Shown here: in pieces, positions 43,422-52,818 of the stretch
How positions within the stretch are numbered: position 1 is the first letter of the stretch
Layout: the number at the start of each line of letters is the position of its first letter
Source of the DNA: an uncultured bacterium
GTDB lineage: Bacteria > Patescibacteriota > Patescibacteriia > Magasanikbacterales > UBA922
Length of the DNA stretch: 64,000 bases
Direction: 5' to 3'
Assembly: GCA_937861125.1 (NCBI GenBank)
Contig: CALMAY010000037.1
Coordinates: forward strand, 132,941 to 196,940
Translations under genes and position numbers: made by a program
The notes under the pieces: generated by a model
What the model was told of the DNA's origin: nothing
Databases searched by the model: none
The model's input: the letters and a program-made list of their open reading frames with translations, nothing else

Positions 43422-45820
43422 ATAAGATGTTGTTTTGTTTTTTTGTAGCGTTGAACTGCGGCGTAAATAATTTTTTCCACTGTTTCAGTATACGTAAGCC
43501 CCATCAGTTTGGCTGCTACCATAAAGTCACTATATTCGTATAATGGTGGATTTGGGTCGACTTCTAATACATATGGATTGCCATGGGTGTCAATGCGGAT
43601 ACCTACATAGCCATAGTCGTGACAGCGAGTGATGCGGTATGCATCCAAGGCGATTTCAGTGATTAATTGGGATTGTTTAGTATCAAGTTTTTTGCTTGCA
43701 GCAACTGCGTGTGGGCGTAGGAGCAACTTAGATGTTTCGGCAGTAACAATATTGTATGCATGTTTATTTTTTTTCGCGTTCATCTTTGTAAGCGGGAGTA
43801 CTTGTAGGTCAATATCGAAATTTCCGATAATTGATACTTCATATTCTTCGCCGTCAATATACTCTTCAATAAGAGCGGGCATGTGGAGTGTCTCAATAAT
43901 ATGTCGGGCCTGTTTGAGGAGCTCTTTTTTTGTGCGTACAATAGAAGCATTGGTGATTCCAAGTGAGTCATCTGCAGCGCCTGGTTTTACAATCATCGGA
44001 AAGCGTAAATCAGAGCGAAATGTATCGTCGATAGTACGCATGTAGTCCCATTTTGGTGTCGGAATATCGTGGTATTCAAACAGTTTTTTTACGCGAATTT
44101 TATCTTTGCATAATGCTAGGTTGTATGAGCTAGTACCGGTTATTGGCATATGAAATGCCTCTATAAGGGCTGCTGCTTGTGGCAACAGAGTTGTATCTTG
44201 TCCGATTCCCTCAGTAGTATTGAACATGAGATCAACTCCAGATGTTGGAAGTGTCTGTAGTAGTTCTGGTATATTATTGAAATCAAATTCGGTAATTTTG
44301 TATCCAGCTTGGCGGAGTGACTTTTCAATATGGTTGAGGACTAGTGAATCAGCACCGTGCTTTTTTCTTTGACCATGTGTTCTGTTTCCAGCAATACCAA
44401 TATGGAGTTTACGCATTTCTTGTCGTGAATCAGCGGTGCGCACCCGTTCGATCTTTGCTGCTTTGATAAGTTGTTGTGTTTTTACTACTGCTGCAGACAG
44501 GTTTGAGTTACGTATTGTTTTTCCCAACGATGATTCCGTGTCAAATTCGGTGATCGTGTAGTGAATGTGCGAAAGAGCGACTTGTAGGTTATCTTCAGCG
44601 TCCAACGTGTTAGTACCTGAAACAGTAATCCAACCCATTGTGTCGTATCCTTCTGGTGGACGCAACACTACATCTCCGACACTTTTAGAAATATATGATC
44701 CGGTGACAAATGGAAGCTTGTGAAATTCTTCATCTATGGTCAAGGAGGTGAGGATGCCAGAAACATCTATTTGTAAATCCCAGCCGATTACATATTCGTA
44801 AGGTTCTTCTTTTTTGGCAATTTTTGGTATAAAAATGCCAAGTGCAATATTGACGGCTTGTTCGACAAAGTCAACGTGCCATGCATCTTTGAGGTATGAG
44901 TAAATATAGTCACCCCCCATGCGCAGGTTGCACTCAATTGGGTAGATACCGTTGTTTGTTACCTTTGCTTCAAAATGGACGATGGCGTTATAGATGTTTA
45001 ATTTTTCCAATAAGTCCTCTGTGAGTCGTTCGAGTGCATCACAATCTTCCTTTGGTAATAATGATGGGAGAGACTGTCCACTGTCAACAAAAAACTTACC
45101 TTTATTTTTATTGAAGTTGTCTGCCACAGAGATAAATTTTACTTTACCGTTTTGTAACACTACATCGACGTCCACCTCATCACCGTCCACGTATTCTTCG
45201 ACGAGAAGTTCAAATGTAGGAAATTCTGACGCATCGACCGAAGATTTGATGGAATTTTTGATATAGTCAAATGTTTCCTCAAAATCTTTTCTGTCTGTTA
45301 CTTTTATAACAAAAACACTTGCATTTCCATATACTGGCTTGATAACAAGTGGGTAATTCATCTTCTTTTCTATTTTTGTAATTTCTGCTTTGGATTGTAT
45401 GTGGGTGAATTTCGGTGTTGGTATATTGTGTGTTTTACAAAAATCACGAAAACGAAATTTGTTTCGTACTTGCTCTGAGATACTCAATGGGATTCCTATC
45501 AGCTTGAGATGGTCTGTAATTCTGGATGTGAGTGTGACTACATCATCCCAAAACGTGACAGCCCCATCTATATGAATAAGTGGGTGTTTACGGATAAAAT
45601 TTTCTAGTGCCAACATACTGTCATGATGATTCATGAGGTCGGCGAGTATCCAGTGGTCAATATACGGATCAAGTACATCAACCTTTTCTTTGTTTATACA
45701 CACTATAGTTAGACCAAGCCTCTTAAGTTTTTTAAAAATGAATTTTTTCTTCGCACTTCCTGCGTGTACCACAAGTATGGTCTTTCCTTTGTGTGGATTT
45801 TTCTTTTGTTCAGTTTTCAT
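43412..45820 (-). CDS. fused double ATP-grasp ligase (~802 aa)
   Basis: Module 1: RFRDFCKTHNIPTPKF...YPLVIKPVYGNASVFV...LVEEYVDGDEVDVD...ECNLRMGG. Module 2 (Ddl-like): LCKDKIRVKKLFEYHDIPTPKW...FPMIVKPGAADDSLGI...LIEEYIDGEEYEVS...VLEVDPNP. ATG 45820 (MKTEQKK) is preferred over 46054. Confidence 0.65.
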   Translation of the reverse strand: MKTEQKKNPHKGKTILVVHAGSAKKKFIFKKLKRLGLTIVCINKEKVDVLDPYIDHWILADLMNHHDSMLALENFIRKHPLIHIDGAVTFWDDVVTLTSRITDHLKLIGIPLSISEQVRNKFRFRDFCKTHNIPTPKFTHIQSKAEITKIEKKMNYPLVIKPVYGNASVFVIKVTDRKDFEETFDYIKNSIKSSVDASEFPTFELLVEEYVDGDEVDVDVVLQNGKVKFISVADNFNKNKGKFFVDSGQSLPSLLPKEDCDALERLTEDLLEKLNIYNAIVHFEAKVTNNGIYPIECNLRMGGDYIYSYLKDAWHVDFVEQAVNIALGIFIPKIAKKEEPYEYVIGWDLQIDVSGILTSLTIDEEFHKLPFVTGSYISKSVGDVVLRPPEGYDTMGWITVSGTNTLDAEDNLQVALSHIHYTITEFDTESSLGKTIRNSNLSAAVVKTQQLIKAAKIERVRTADSRQEMRKLHIGIAGNRTHGQRKKHGADSLVLNHIEKSLRQAGYKITEFDFNNIPELLQTLPTSGVDLMFNTTEGIGQDTTLLPQAAALIEAFHMPITGTSSYNLALCKDKIRVKKLFEYHDIPTPKWDYMRTIDDTFRSDLRFPMIVKPGAADDSLGITNASIVRTKKELLKQARHIIETLHMPALIEEYIDGEEYEVSIIGNFDIDLQVLPLTKMNAKKNKHAYNIVTAETSKLLLRPHAVAASKKLDTKQSQLITEIALDAYRITRCHDYGYVGIRIDTHGNPYVLEVDPNPPLYEYSDFMVAAKLMGLTYTETVEKIIYAAVQRYKKTKQHLIWM

Positions 45821-46084
45821 ATATAAAAAACGCAGTATACCATATAGTAACACTGCGCGTAAGAAAATATACGTGTTTTTGGCGTATTGTTTGGATTGTG
45901 TAACTATCGGGTTCTTCGCTTCTAGAATAGTTTGATTCCATATAGGATAGCTGATAGTATAGCCATTTTTTGGTATCTTGTCAACGGGTATTTTTTTTAG
46001 TATCCTACCTAGTAATATGCAATATATAGTGGGGTAATACCCAAGATATTGCATGTTATTCTATGCATGTTGTATTTTTTAGCT

Positions 46085-47080
46085 ATGATGACCGTAAAAC
46101 AAATATTTGATCTTGGAATTGAGATGGGAATTGCTGCTGATCCTCGTGGGGTCAGAGGTGTCAAAGAATACCTCAACAGAGCCAAAAAAGACTATGAAAA
46201 GGCATCTGGTCGTGAAAAAGAGTACTTTGATACTGAGCGTTTGACCAATCCATATATTGACTCGGTAGTGCATGTTGATGATGGAAAAACAAAGGTCAAG
46301 AGAATTATGGCTGGTATTGATATCAATTCTGCCGATATTTTGGTCGCAAGTCAGCTTGCGGAACGTGGGAAACCAGTTGATTTGGTGATTGCCCATCATC
46401 CGATTGGCAAGGCGATTGCACGTCTCCATGATGTGATGGATCTCCAGACTGATGTATATCATGCTGAGGGGCTGCCTATACATTTGGCAGAAAAAATCAT
46501 GGATGATCGCATCTGTGAAGTGGGTCGCGGGGTGCATGGGATGAATCATTACCAAGTCGTGGATGTGGCACGTATTTTGGGCATTAATTTGATCAATACG
46601 CACACTATTACGGACAACATGGTGGATCAGTATATTCGTCAGTATTTAGAGAAAAAAGAACCATATCGTCTGGCTGATTTGCTAGATATGCTGATGGAGA
46701 TTCCTGAATACCAGATTGCCACTCGTCAGGGGTCAGGTCCGACACTTTTTAGTGGGAGTCTCAAACATCGTGTCGGTAAGTTTGTAGTAGAAATGACAGG
46801 CGGTACAGAGCCTTCCAACAAGCTCTATGAGCATTTTTCACGTATTGGCATATCAACGCTTGTTTCGATGCATATTCGAGAAGCATCAATGGAAAAGGCC
46901 AAAGAACAGGGGATGAATATCGTAGTGGCTGGTCATATGTCATCTGATTCATTGGGTATGAATCTCTTTTTGGATGAGCTTGAGAAGCGTGGAATTGAGA
47001 TTGTTCCGTGTGGAGGTCTTATCCGTGTTTCAAGAAATAAAGCTACGAAGAAGGAAAATAGTAAAGCCAAGAAGAAATAG
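46085..47080 (+). CDS. NIF3-like (dinuclear metal centre) family protein
   Basis: DLVIAHHPIG and VVAGHMSSDSLGMN resemble the two NIF3 metal-binding segments. There is a K-rich tail. Confidence 0.45.
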   Translation: MMTVKQIFDLGIEMGIAADPRGVRGVKEYLNRAKKDYEKASGREKEYFDTERLTNPYIDSVVHVDDGKTKVKRIMAGIDINSADILVASQLAERGKPVDLVIAHHPIGKAIARLHDVMDLQTDVYHAEGLPIHLAEKIMDDRICEVGRGVHGMNHYQVVDVARILGINLINTHTITDNMVDQYIRQYLEKKEPYRLADLLDMLMEIPEYQIATRQGSGPTLFSGSLKHRVGKFVVEMTGGTEPSNKLYEHFSRIGISTLVSMHIREASMEKAKEQGMNIVVAGHMSSDSLGMNLFLDELEKRGIEIVPCGGLIRVSRNKATKKENSKAKKK

Positions 47081-47168
47081 GATTGACTTAATAGATTAAG
47101 AATTAAGATTTTTGCCAGTCAATAATCATATCCTCTGAACTATTGGCTTTGAACTGTGAACTAGTAAT

Positions 47169-47741
47169 GTGATTTCAACTCTCCGTGGTATTGTGCACAT
47201 CTCACTTGATCGTAGATCTGTCGTTATAGAAACGTCAGGTGGTGTTGGGTATGTCGTATTTGTCACACCTGCCTGTGCTGCGTCACTGACGGAAGGAAAA
47301 GAGGCAACACTCTTTACATATCTTCGTGTGGCAGAGGCAGTGATGGATTTGTATGGTTTTGAGAGTCTTGAAGCCAAGGGGTTGTTTGAGCGATTAATTT
47401 CGGTCTCTGGTGTAGGGCCCAAAACAGCACTAAGTGTGCTGGGAAGTGGATCTTTTGCTTCACTACAAGATGCTATTTCTCGTGGAGATGTTTCGTATCT
47501 GACGTCAGTACAAGGTATTGGTAAAAAGACGGCAGAGCGTCTCGTTGTTGAACTCAAAGGAAAAGCATTTTCGGGTGTATCGTCACATGTGTATGCATCA
47601 TCAGCACTGGGTGATGTGGCAGAAGCGCTCGTGTCTATGGGGTATGTGGCTAGCGATATACAAAGAGTACTGCAATCTGTCCCAGAGCAATATACTCAAC
47701 CTGAGCAAGTAATCAAATACGCATTAACGCAATTACAATAA
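47169..47741 (+). CDS. ruvA: Holliday junction branch migration complex subunit RuvA
   Basis: MISTLRGIV...GGVGYVVFV and HhH motifs SVSGVGPKTALSVL / IQGIGKKTAERLVVELK. Confidence 0.9.
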   Translation: MISTLRGIVHISLDRRSVVIETSGGVGYVVFVTPACAASLTEGKEATLFTYLRVAEAVMDLYGFESLEAKGLFERLISVSGVGPKTALSVLGSGSFASLQDAISRGDVSYLTSVQGIGKKTAERLVVELKGKAFSGVSSHVYASSALGDVAEALVSMGYVASDIQRVLQSVPEQYTQPEQVIKYALTQLQ

Positions 47742-47751
47742 TGTATATTAT

Positions 47752-48894
47752 ATGGCAAGAGAGATAGGGCATCGACCACCTGAAATACCCCCTTTTTTAG
47801 AGGCGCAAAGTTCTATTGGCTTTGAGGTGGCGGTGGGTCTGCTTGGATCTGAAAAGGAGGGAAGGCCAAATGAGGATAGTGTATTGGTAGATAGCGAACG
47901 TGGTATTTTTGGTATTTTTGATGGTATGGGAGGACATGGTAATGGTGATGTAGCATCAGCGCAAGCGTCAGAAGAGTTTGGAAAATTGCTTCAAGATAAG
48001 GTGTTCTACGATGAGGCTACTGTGGGTGATCGTCGGAAAACTTTTCTGGTTTCGAGGAAAATGGTGGATGCTTTTTTTAAAGTAAATAATACTTTATTGA
48101 ATATACCCACAGATGAAGGTGGTCGGCGTAGGCCAGGGACAACAGCAAGTGTTGTAAAGATAGAACGAGTGGGTGATAAAATTCAGATGATCCTCGGTCA
48201 TGTGGGTGACAGTCGGGTATATCGATATGATTCATCAGTGGGCTATATCGATTGTCTAACACCAGACGCAAATCCATTTTTTTCTTCTTTTCATACTGAT
48301 TTTTTTGGTACTAACGTCGACAGCATTCTGCGTTCAGATCAAATTGCGTTCATATGTACAAGACTGCAAGATATGGGCAGGTTAGACAATGTGCAGGGCT
48401 CTTTGTTTCGTTTGTTTCGTAAAATTGATCAAACGTATGAAAAAACAAATATCTCAAAAATACAGAGATATTTTTCACAAAAAACAGCAGTTCGTAATAA
48501 GGATGTGTGTATTTCTACACTAGCAACTATGAGTGATAACGAAATAGCTGAATTTTTATTAGACGAATATTGGCTGGCTAATCGACACTATGTTTCTAGT
48601 GCTCTAGATGGTCAAAGTGTTGGTGAAATAGTTATACAAGAACATACTCTCCAAAGAGGGGATATACTTGTATTTATGACAGATGGTATGACTGATTGCG
48701 GATTATCGGATCAGGCGATGTTAGATATTTTACAAAGCAAAAGCGATGATGGATTTAGTACATTACCACGTGCGTTTGAATCATATGTGGCATCTCAGCA
48801 AGAAGCTGCAGAACGTGCGGTGCAAGAAGGATTAGATAGTGTACCTTTGTTCAAACCAGATGACAGATATTGTTTTTTTGTACGCGTGATATAA
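47752..48894 (+). CDS. PP2C-family Ser/Thr phosphatase with large internal insertion
   Basis: EDSVLV...GIFGIFDGMGGHGNGDVAS, GHVGDSRVYRY and ILVFMTDGMTD. Confidence 0.65.
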   Translation: MAREIGHRPPEIPPFLEAQSSIGFEVAVGLLGSEKEGRPNEDSVLVDSERGIFGIFDGMGGHGNGDVASAQASEEFGKLLQDKVFYDEATVGDRRKTFLVSRKMVDAFFKVNNTLLNIPTDEGGRRRPGTTASVVKIERVGDKIQMILGHVGDSRVYRYDSSVGYIDCLTPDANPFFSSFHTDFFGTNVDSILRSDQIAFICTRLQDMGRLDNVQGSLFRLFRKIDQTYEKTNISKIQRYFSQKTAVRNKDVCISTLATMSDNEIAEFLLDEYWLANRHYVSSALDGQSVGEIVIQEHTLQRGDILVFMTDGMTDCGLSDQAMLDILQSKSDDGFSTLPRAFESYVASQQEAAERAVQEGLDSVPLFKPDDRYCFFVRVI

Positions 48895-49431
48895 TTATTG
48901 CTTTTGTATCATGATACTCATTATGTTGACATGTTGAGCGGTATCAGCTGTGTTTGGTAGGAGTGTGTGAGGGATGTGATGGGTTTGTAGGAGTGTTGTA
49001 ATTCGATCATCCATTTCATCTCGAAACTCTTTGTCAGTAGATCGTACCCCATCAGCTTCCGCTTCAAGTGGAAGTTTGTGTGTTTTGAATATATGAGTAT
49101 ATGTTTTTGCGTGTGCAATGGCAGCGCGTTTGATGCGTGAGATATCTTGGTCATCGGCGACGCGTTCGAGATAGGCGAGATTGTCAATCGAAGCTCGGTC
49201 GCACAACAGTATGACATCTGGTTTGTCATACTTTTTTTCTTGTTCTTTTTGTTGGTGTTGGATCCACATCTGTGCGGTGAGGGTGGTTTGTTCGTTGATA
49301 GGAAATGGGCAGAGTCGGGCATACTCGGGGAGAATAATCACCGTTTTACCATTTCGTGTGAGTTCATGAGCGAGTGCATTGAGAATGGTGGTTTTACCTG
49401 TTGAATGTGTGCCAATGATGGCTATTTTCAT
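48895..49431 (-). CDS. P-loop NTPase (AAA_28 / NadR-kinase-like)
   Basis: MKIAIIGTHSTGKTT Walker A and LLCDR Walker-B-like. 178 aa. Confidence 0.55.
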   Translation of the reverse strand: MKIAIIGTHSTGKTTILNALAHELTRNGKTVIILPEYARLCPFPINEQTTLTAQMWIQHQQKEQEKKYDKPDVILLCDRASIDNLAYLERVADDQDISRIKRAAIAHAKTYTHIFKTHKLPLEAEADGVRSTDKEFRDEMDDRITTLLQTHHIPHTLLPNTADTAQHVNIMSIMIQKQ

Positions 49432-49519
49432 AGTAAAAAGTTTATAAAGTGAGAAAGTCCATAAAGTTTGTAAAGTAATACCTTTAACACTTTTTACTTT
49501 ATGAACTCAATATATTGTA

Positions 49520-49548
49520 CAAAAAACCCCGAATTAACATCGGGGTTC
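49520..49548 (-). terminator. gyrA intrinsic terminator
   Basis: On the minus strand, AACCCCGA-TGTTAAT-TCGGGGTT is followed by TTTTTT, 6 nt after the gyrA stop. Confidence 0.7.
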
Positions 49549-49553
49549 TTAAA

Positions 49554-52034
49554 CTATAGAATCGCACTACTTGCCACAGAATCACCCTCTTCTTTGAAAC
49601 GCATGATGCGTACGCCCTGTGTCGCACGTCCGAGCGTTGAGATTGATTTCAGTGGAGTACGAATCACTTGTCCTTTGACAGAGATGACCATGAGGTCGTG
49701 TTCTTCGCTTGTATTGACAATGTGTGAACCGACAATCGGCCCTGTTTTGTCTGTGACTGCCATGGTTTTGATACCACTTCCACCACGACCTTGCACTTTA
49801 TATTCATCGATCGGTGTTCGTTTTCCAAGTCCGTGCTCGGAGAGTACGAGTAGCTCAATAATTTCTTTTTTCAAAAGCTCATTTGGAATAGCGTCCATGC
49901 CGACGATAAAATCATTACTCTTGAGTTTCATACCGCGTACTCCGCCTGCAGTGCGACCCATTGGGCGGACATCTTTTTCTTTGAGATGAATGGCTTGACC
50001 ATCAGCACTGACCATGATGAGTGTGTCTGACCCACTCGTTGGGCGGACCCACTCGAGCATGTCGTCTTCTTTGAGTTTCAAAGCGATGATACCGTTGCGG
50101 CGTACACTCTTGAAGTCCTCGAGTTCTGTTTTTTTGACGGTTCCTTTGGTGGTGGTCATGACAAGATATTTGTATTTGTTCATGTCATCCATTGAAAGCA
50201 TGACGGTCACTTTTTCATTTGGTGCGAGCTGCAAGAAGTTGACCACTGCCTGTCCCTTGCTGGTGCGACTTGCGAGTGGTACATCATACGCATGGAGTTG
50301 AAATACTCGACCACGATTGGTAAAGAAGAGCATGTTGTCGTGGGTGTTGGTACTAATAATTTGTTGGACAATATCTTCTTCTTTGGTAGTGAGACCCATC
50401 ACACCTTTACCGCCGCGTTCCTGGGTGCGGAACGTGTCTGGTGGAATGCGCTTGATATACCCATCACGAGTGATCATGACGATAGTCGCCTCATTTGGTA
50501 CGAGATCTTCCATACTAAATTCTTTGACACCACCAGATACGACTTGTGTGCGTCGTTCATCAGCGTAGCGTGTTCGTAGATCAGTAATTTCATTTCTAAT
50601 CACGCCGAGAATCTTCTTTGGACTTGCTAAAAGTGCTTCAAGTTCTTTGATCAAAGCGAGTTTTTCTTTGAGTTCATCTTCAATTTTTTGACGTTCAAGG
50701 TTTGCCAATTGTTGCAAACGCATTTCCAAAATTGCCATTGTCTGGCGCTCGGTAAATCCAAATTTTTTCATCAAGTTTGTCTTCGCTTCTTCTTTATCTT
50801 TGGATTCTCGGATTGTTTTGATAACGAGATCAATTTTATCAAGTGCTTTACTAAGACCTTCGAGAATGTGAGCACGATCTTTGGCGACGACAAGATCAAA
50901 TTCTGTACGACGACGGACCACTTCTTGGCGGTGTTTGATGTGTTCTTCGAGCACTGTTTTGAGATTGAGGAGGCGAGGTTGGAGACCATCTACGAGAGCG
51001 ATGAGGTTGATGTGAAACGTCGTCTGCATCTCTGTCATTTGAAAGAGACGGTTGAGTACCTTTTTTGGATATGAGTCACGTTTGAGTTCAACGACAATAC
51101 GAACACCCTCTTTGTTACTTTCATCGCGGAGATCTTTGATACCATCAATCTTTTTTTCTTGTACCAATTCAGCAATCTTTTCAATCAACTTTGCTTTGTT
51201 GACTTGGTATGGTACCTCACTAATGACGATCATAAACTGACCATCTTTCTTTTCTTGGATATCGGCTTTGGCACGCACGACGATACCGCCACGACCAGTA
51301 GCGTAGGCGACAGCGATATCTTTTTTGTTGTAGATGATACCACCAGTTGGAAAATCTGGCCCTTTGATATATTCAAGTAATTCTTCCACTGTCGCTTTTG
51401 GATTATCAATGAGATGTGTTGTTGCATCACAGATTTCACCGAGATTGTGGGGTGGAATATTGGTGGCCATACCTACCGCGATACCCATACTACCATTGAG
51501 GAGAAGATTTGGAAGTTTGCTTGGGAGGACGCGTGGCTCTTTGGTCGAACCATCGTAGTTTGGTGAAAAATCAACGGTATCTTTTTCAATATCAAAAAGA
51601 AGTTCTTCAGCGATTGCAGCAAGTTTGGCTTCGGTATAACGCATCGCAGCGGCCGAGTCTCCATCCATACTTCCAAAGTTTCCTTGACCGTTGACGAGGA
51701 TTTGGCGCATGGAGAAATCTTGCGCCATACGAACCAATGAATCGTAAATCGCAGAGTCACCGTGTGGGTGATATTTTGCCATTACTTCACCGACCACGTG
51801 AGCACTTTTTTTGTATCGAGAGTTGTAGCGAAGACCAACCTTCCACATTGCATAAAGGATGCGTCGGTGTACTGGTTTGAGACCGTCACGAACATCAGGA
51901 AGTGCACGAGAGACGATGACACTCATCGCATAGTCGAGGTAACTGCGCTGCATTTCATCTACGAGTTGGATTGGCTCGACGCGACTTGGAGTGAGAGAGA
52001 GCTGTTGTGGTTTTAGTTCTTCTTTTTTTGGCAT
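49554..52034 (-). CDS. gyrA: DNA gyrase subunit A
   Basis: YAMSVIVSRALPDVRDGLKPVHRRILYAM, HPHGD and a C-terminal beta-pinwheel repeat region. ATG 52034 (MPKKEELK) is preferred. Confidence 0.92.
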   Translation of the reverse strand: MPKKEELKPQQLSLTPSRVEPIQLVDEMQRSYLDYAMSVIVSRALPDVRDGLKPVHRRILYAMWKVGLRYNSRYKKSAHVVGEVMAKYHPHGDSAIYDSLVRMAQDFSMRQILVNGQGNFGSMDGDSAAAMRYTEAKLAAIAEELLFDIEKDTVDFSPNYDGSTKEPRVLPSKLPNLLLNGSMGIAVGMATNIPPHNLGEICDATTHLIDNPKATVEELLEYIKGPDFPTGGIIYNKKDIAVAYATGRGGIVVRAKADIQEKKDGQFMIVISEVPYQVNKAKLIEKIAELVQEKKIDGIKDLRDESNKEGVRIVVELKRDSYPKKVLNRLFQMTEMQTTFHINLIALVDGLQPRLLNLKTVLEEHIKHRQEVVRRRTEFDLVVAKDRAHILEGLSKALDKIDLVIKTIRESKDKEEAKTNLMKKFGFTERQTMAILEMRLQQLANLERQKIEDELKEKLALIKELEALLASPKKILGVIRNEITDLRTRYADERRTQVVSGGVKEFSMEDLVPNEATIVMITRDGYIKRIPPDTFRTQERGGKGVMGLTTKEEDIVQQIISTNTHDNMLFFTNRGRVFQLHAYDVPLASRTSKGQAVVNFLQLAPNEKVTVMLSMDDMNKYKYLVMTTTKGTVKKTELEDFKSVRRNGIIALKLKEDDMLEWVRPTSGSDTLIMVSADGQAIHLKEKDVRPMGRTAGGVRGMKLKSNDFIVGMDAIPNELLKKEIIELLVLSEHGLGKRTPIDEYKVQGRGGSGIKTMAVTDKTGPIVGSHIVNTSEEHDLMVISVKGQVIRTPLKSISTLGRATQGVRIMRFKEEGDSVASSAIL

Positions 52035-52047
52035 ATTTTTATATAAT

Positions 52048-52129
52048 CGTACTGCGTACAACGTACTGCGTACTACGTATAACGTGTTACGAACGATATA
52101 TCATTCGTAGTACGCTGTACGTAATACGT
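52048..52129. promoter_or_regulatory. ACGT-rich repeat array upstream of gyrA
   Basis: CGTACTGCGTAC occurs twice (52048-59, 52062-73). TACGAACGATATATCATTCGTA (52088-52109) is a near-palindrome. Further GTACG/CGTA units extend to 52129. Confidence 0.4.
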
Positions 52130-52681
52130 CTAGGGTGTGCTCGTAGTAGTGGTTGAATATAATAGAGTACTCAATGCTGCTTTGAGATGAGTCTGCTGTG
52201 TTGATGTTGTAGTGGTAGCCGGTGATGGTGATGTCTGTGCTTGGAGTTCGTCGAGTTTGGCACTGAGAGTATCTTGTTCTTCGATATAATTAATGATGTC
52301 ACTAAAATCATCGCCTACGTTGGAGAGGATTTGTTTCTCTGCGCTTGGTGCAGCAAAGACGCTATTGACCATGCTCTTCATGTTCCATGCCCAGAGTCCG
52401 AGGATGGTGACCATCAGCAATGCTACACCAACTACTAATAATACGCCAGAGTGTTGTGGTGGTTGATATGTGTGTGATGGAGGTATCATTGATGGTCGTG
52501 GTGGCTGTGTGTCTTCTGTTTGTTTTGATTGAATAGAATTGATAGTGTTTTGATCAATCAAAAGAGATGGCAGTGAGTTGACTGCCTCTGTTATATCTCG
52601 TTGCACAGACGTTGGGATAGACGTTTTTTTGGTATGTGCAATTTTTTTGTGAGTTGTTTTTTTTGATTGACCTTTTGGCAT
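52130..52681 (-). CDS. hypothetical single-pass membrane protein
   Basis: ATG 52681 (MPKGQSKKTTHKK) was chosen because the upstream 42 codons of the ORF are a translated MITE copy. It has a K-rich N-terminus, one TM helix (VLLVVGVALLMVTILGLWAW) and a T/S-rich C-terminus. Confidence 0.5.
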   Translation of the reverse strand: MPKGQSKKTTHKKIAHTKKTSIPTSVQRDITEAVNSLPSLLIDQNTINSIQSKQTEDTQPPRPSMIPPSHTYQPPQHSGVLLVVGVALLMVTILGLWAWNMKSMVNSVFAAPSAEKQILSNVGDDFSDIINYIEEQDTLSAKLDELQAQTSPSPATTTTSTQQTHLKAALSTLLYSTTTTSTP

Positions 52682-52696
52682 AGGTTTTTTACAACT

Positions 52697-52806
52697 GTCA
52701 TTCCCGCGAAGGCGGGAATCTATTTTGAAACCAACAGACTGTGGTTTCACTTCGTTCTGATTCAACGTAGTAAGAAAGGGATCCCTCGGCTTCGCTCGGG
52801 ATGACA
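52697..52806. repeat. MITE-like element, copy B (110 bp)
   Basis: GTCATTCCCGCGAAGGCGGGAATC...CACTTCGTTCTGATTCAA..TAAGAAAGGGATCCCTCGGCTTCGCTCGGGATGAC. It shares the termini and internal block of copy A. Confidence 0.7.
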
Positions 52807-52818
52807 ATGTGCGAACGT

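Noticed and set aside
40044-46603. Antisense ORFs 40044-40664 (206 aa), 43629-44045 (138 aa) and 46079-46603 (174 aa)
   Set aside because: Each lies opposite a longer ORF with recognisable motifs (HELGH protein, ATP-grasp, NIF3-like). None has its own signals.
49501-52016. Multiple + strand ORFs (for example 49501-49989 at 162 aa and 50688-51074 at 128 aa) opposite gyrA
   Set aside because: They are antisense shadows of an unambiguous gyrA.
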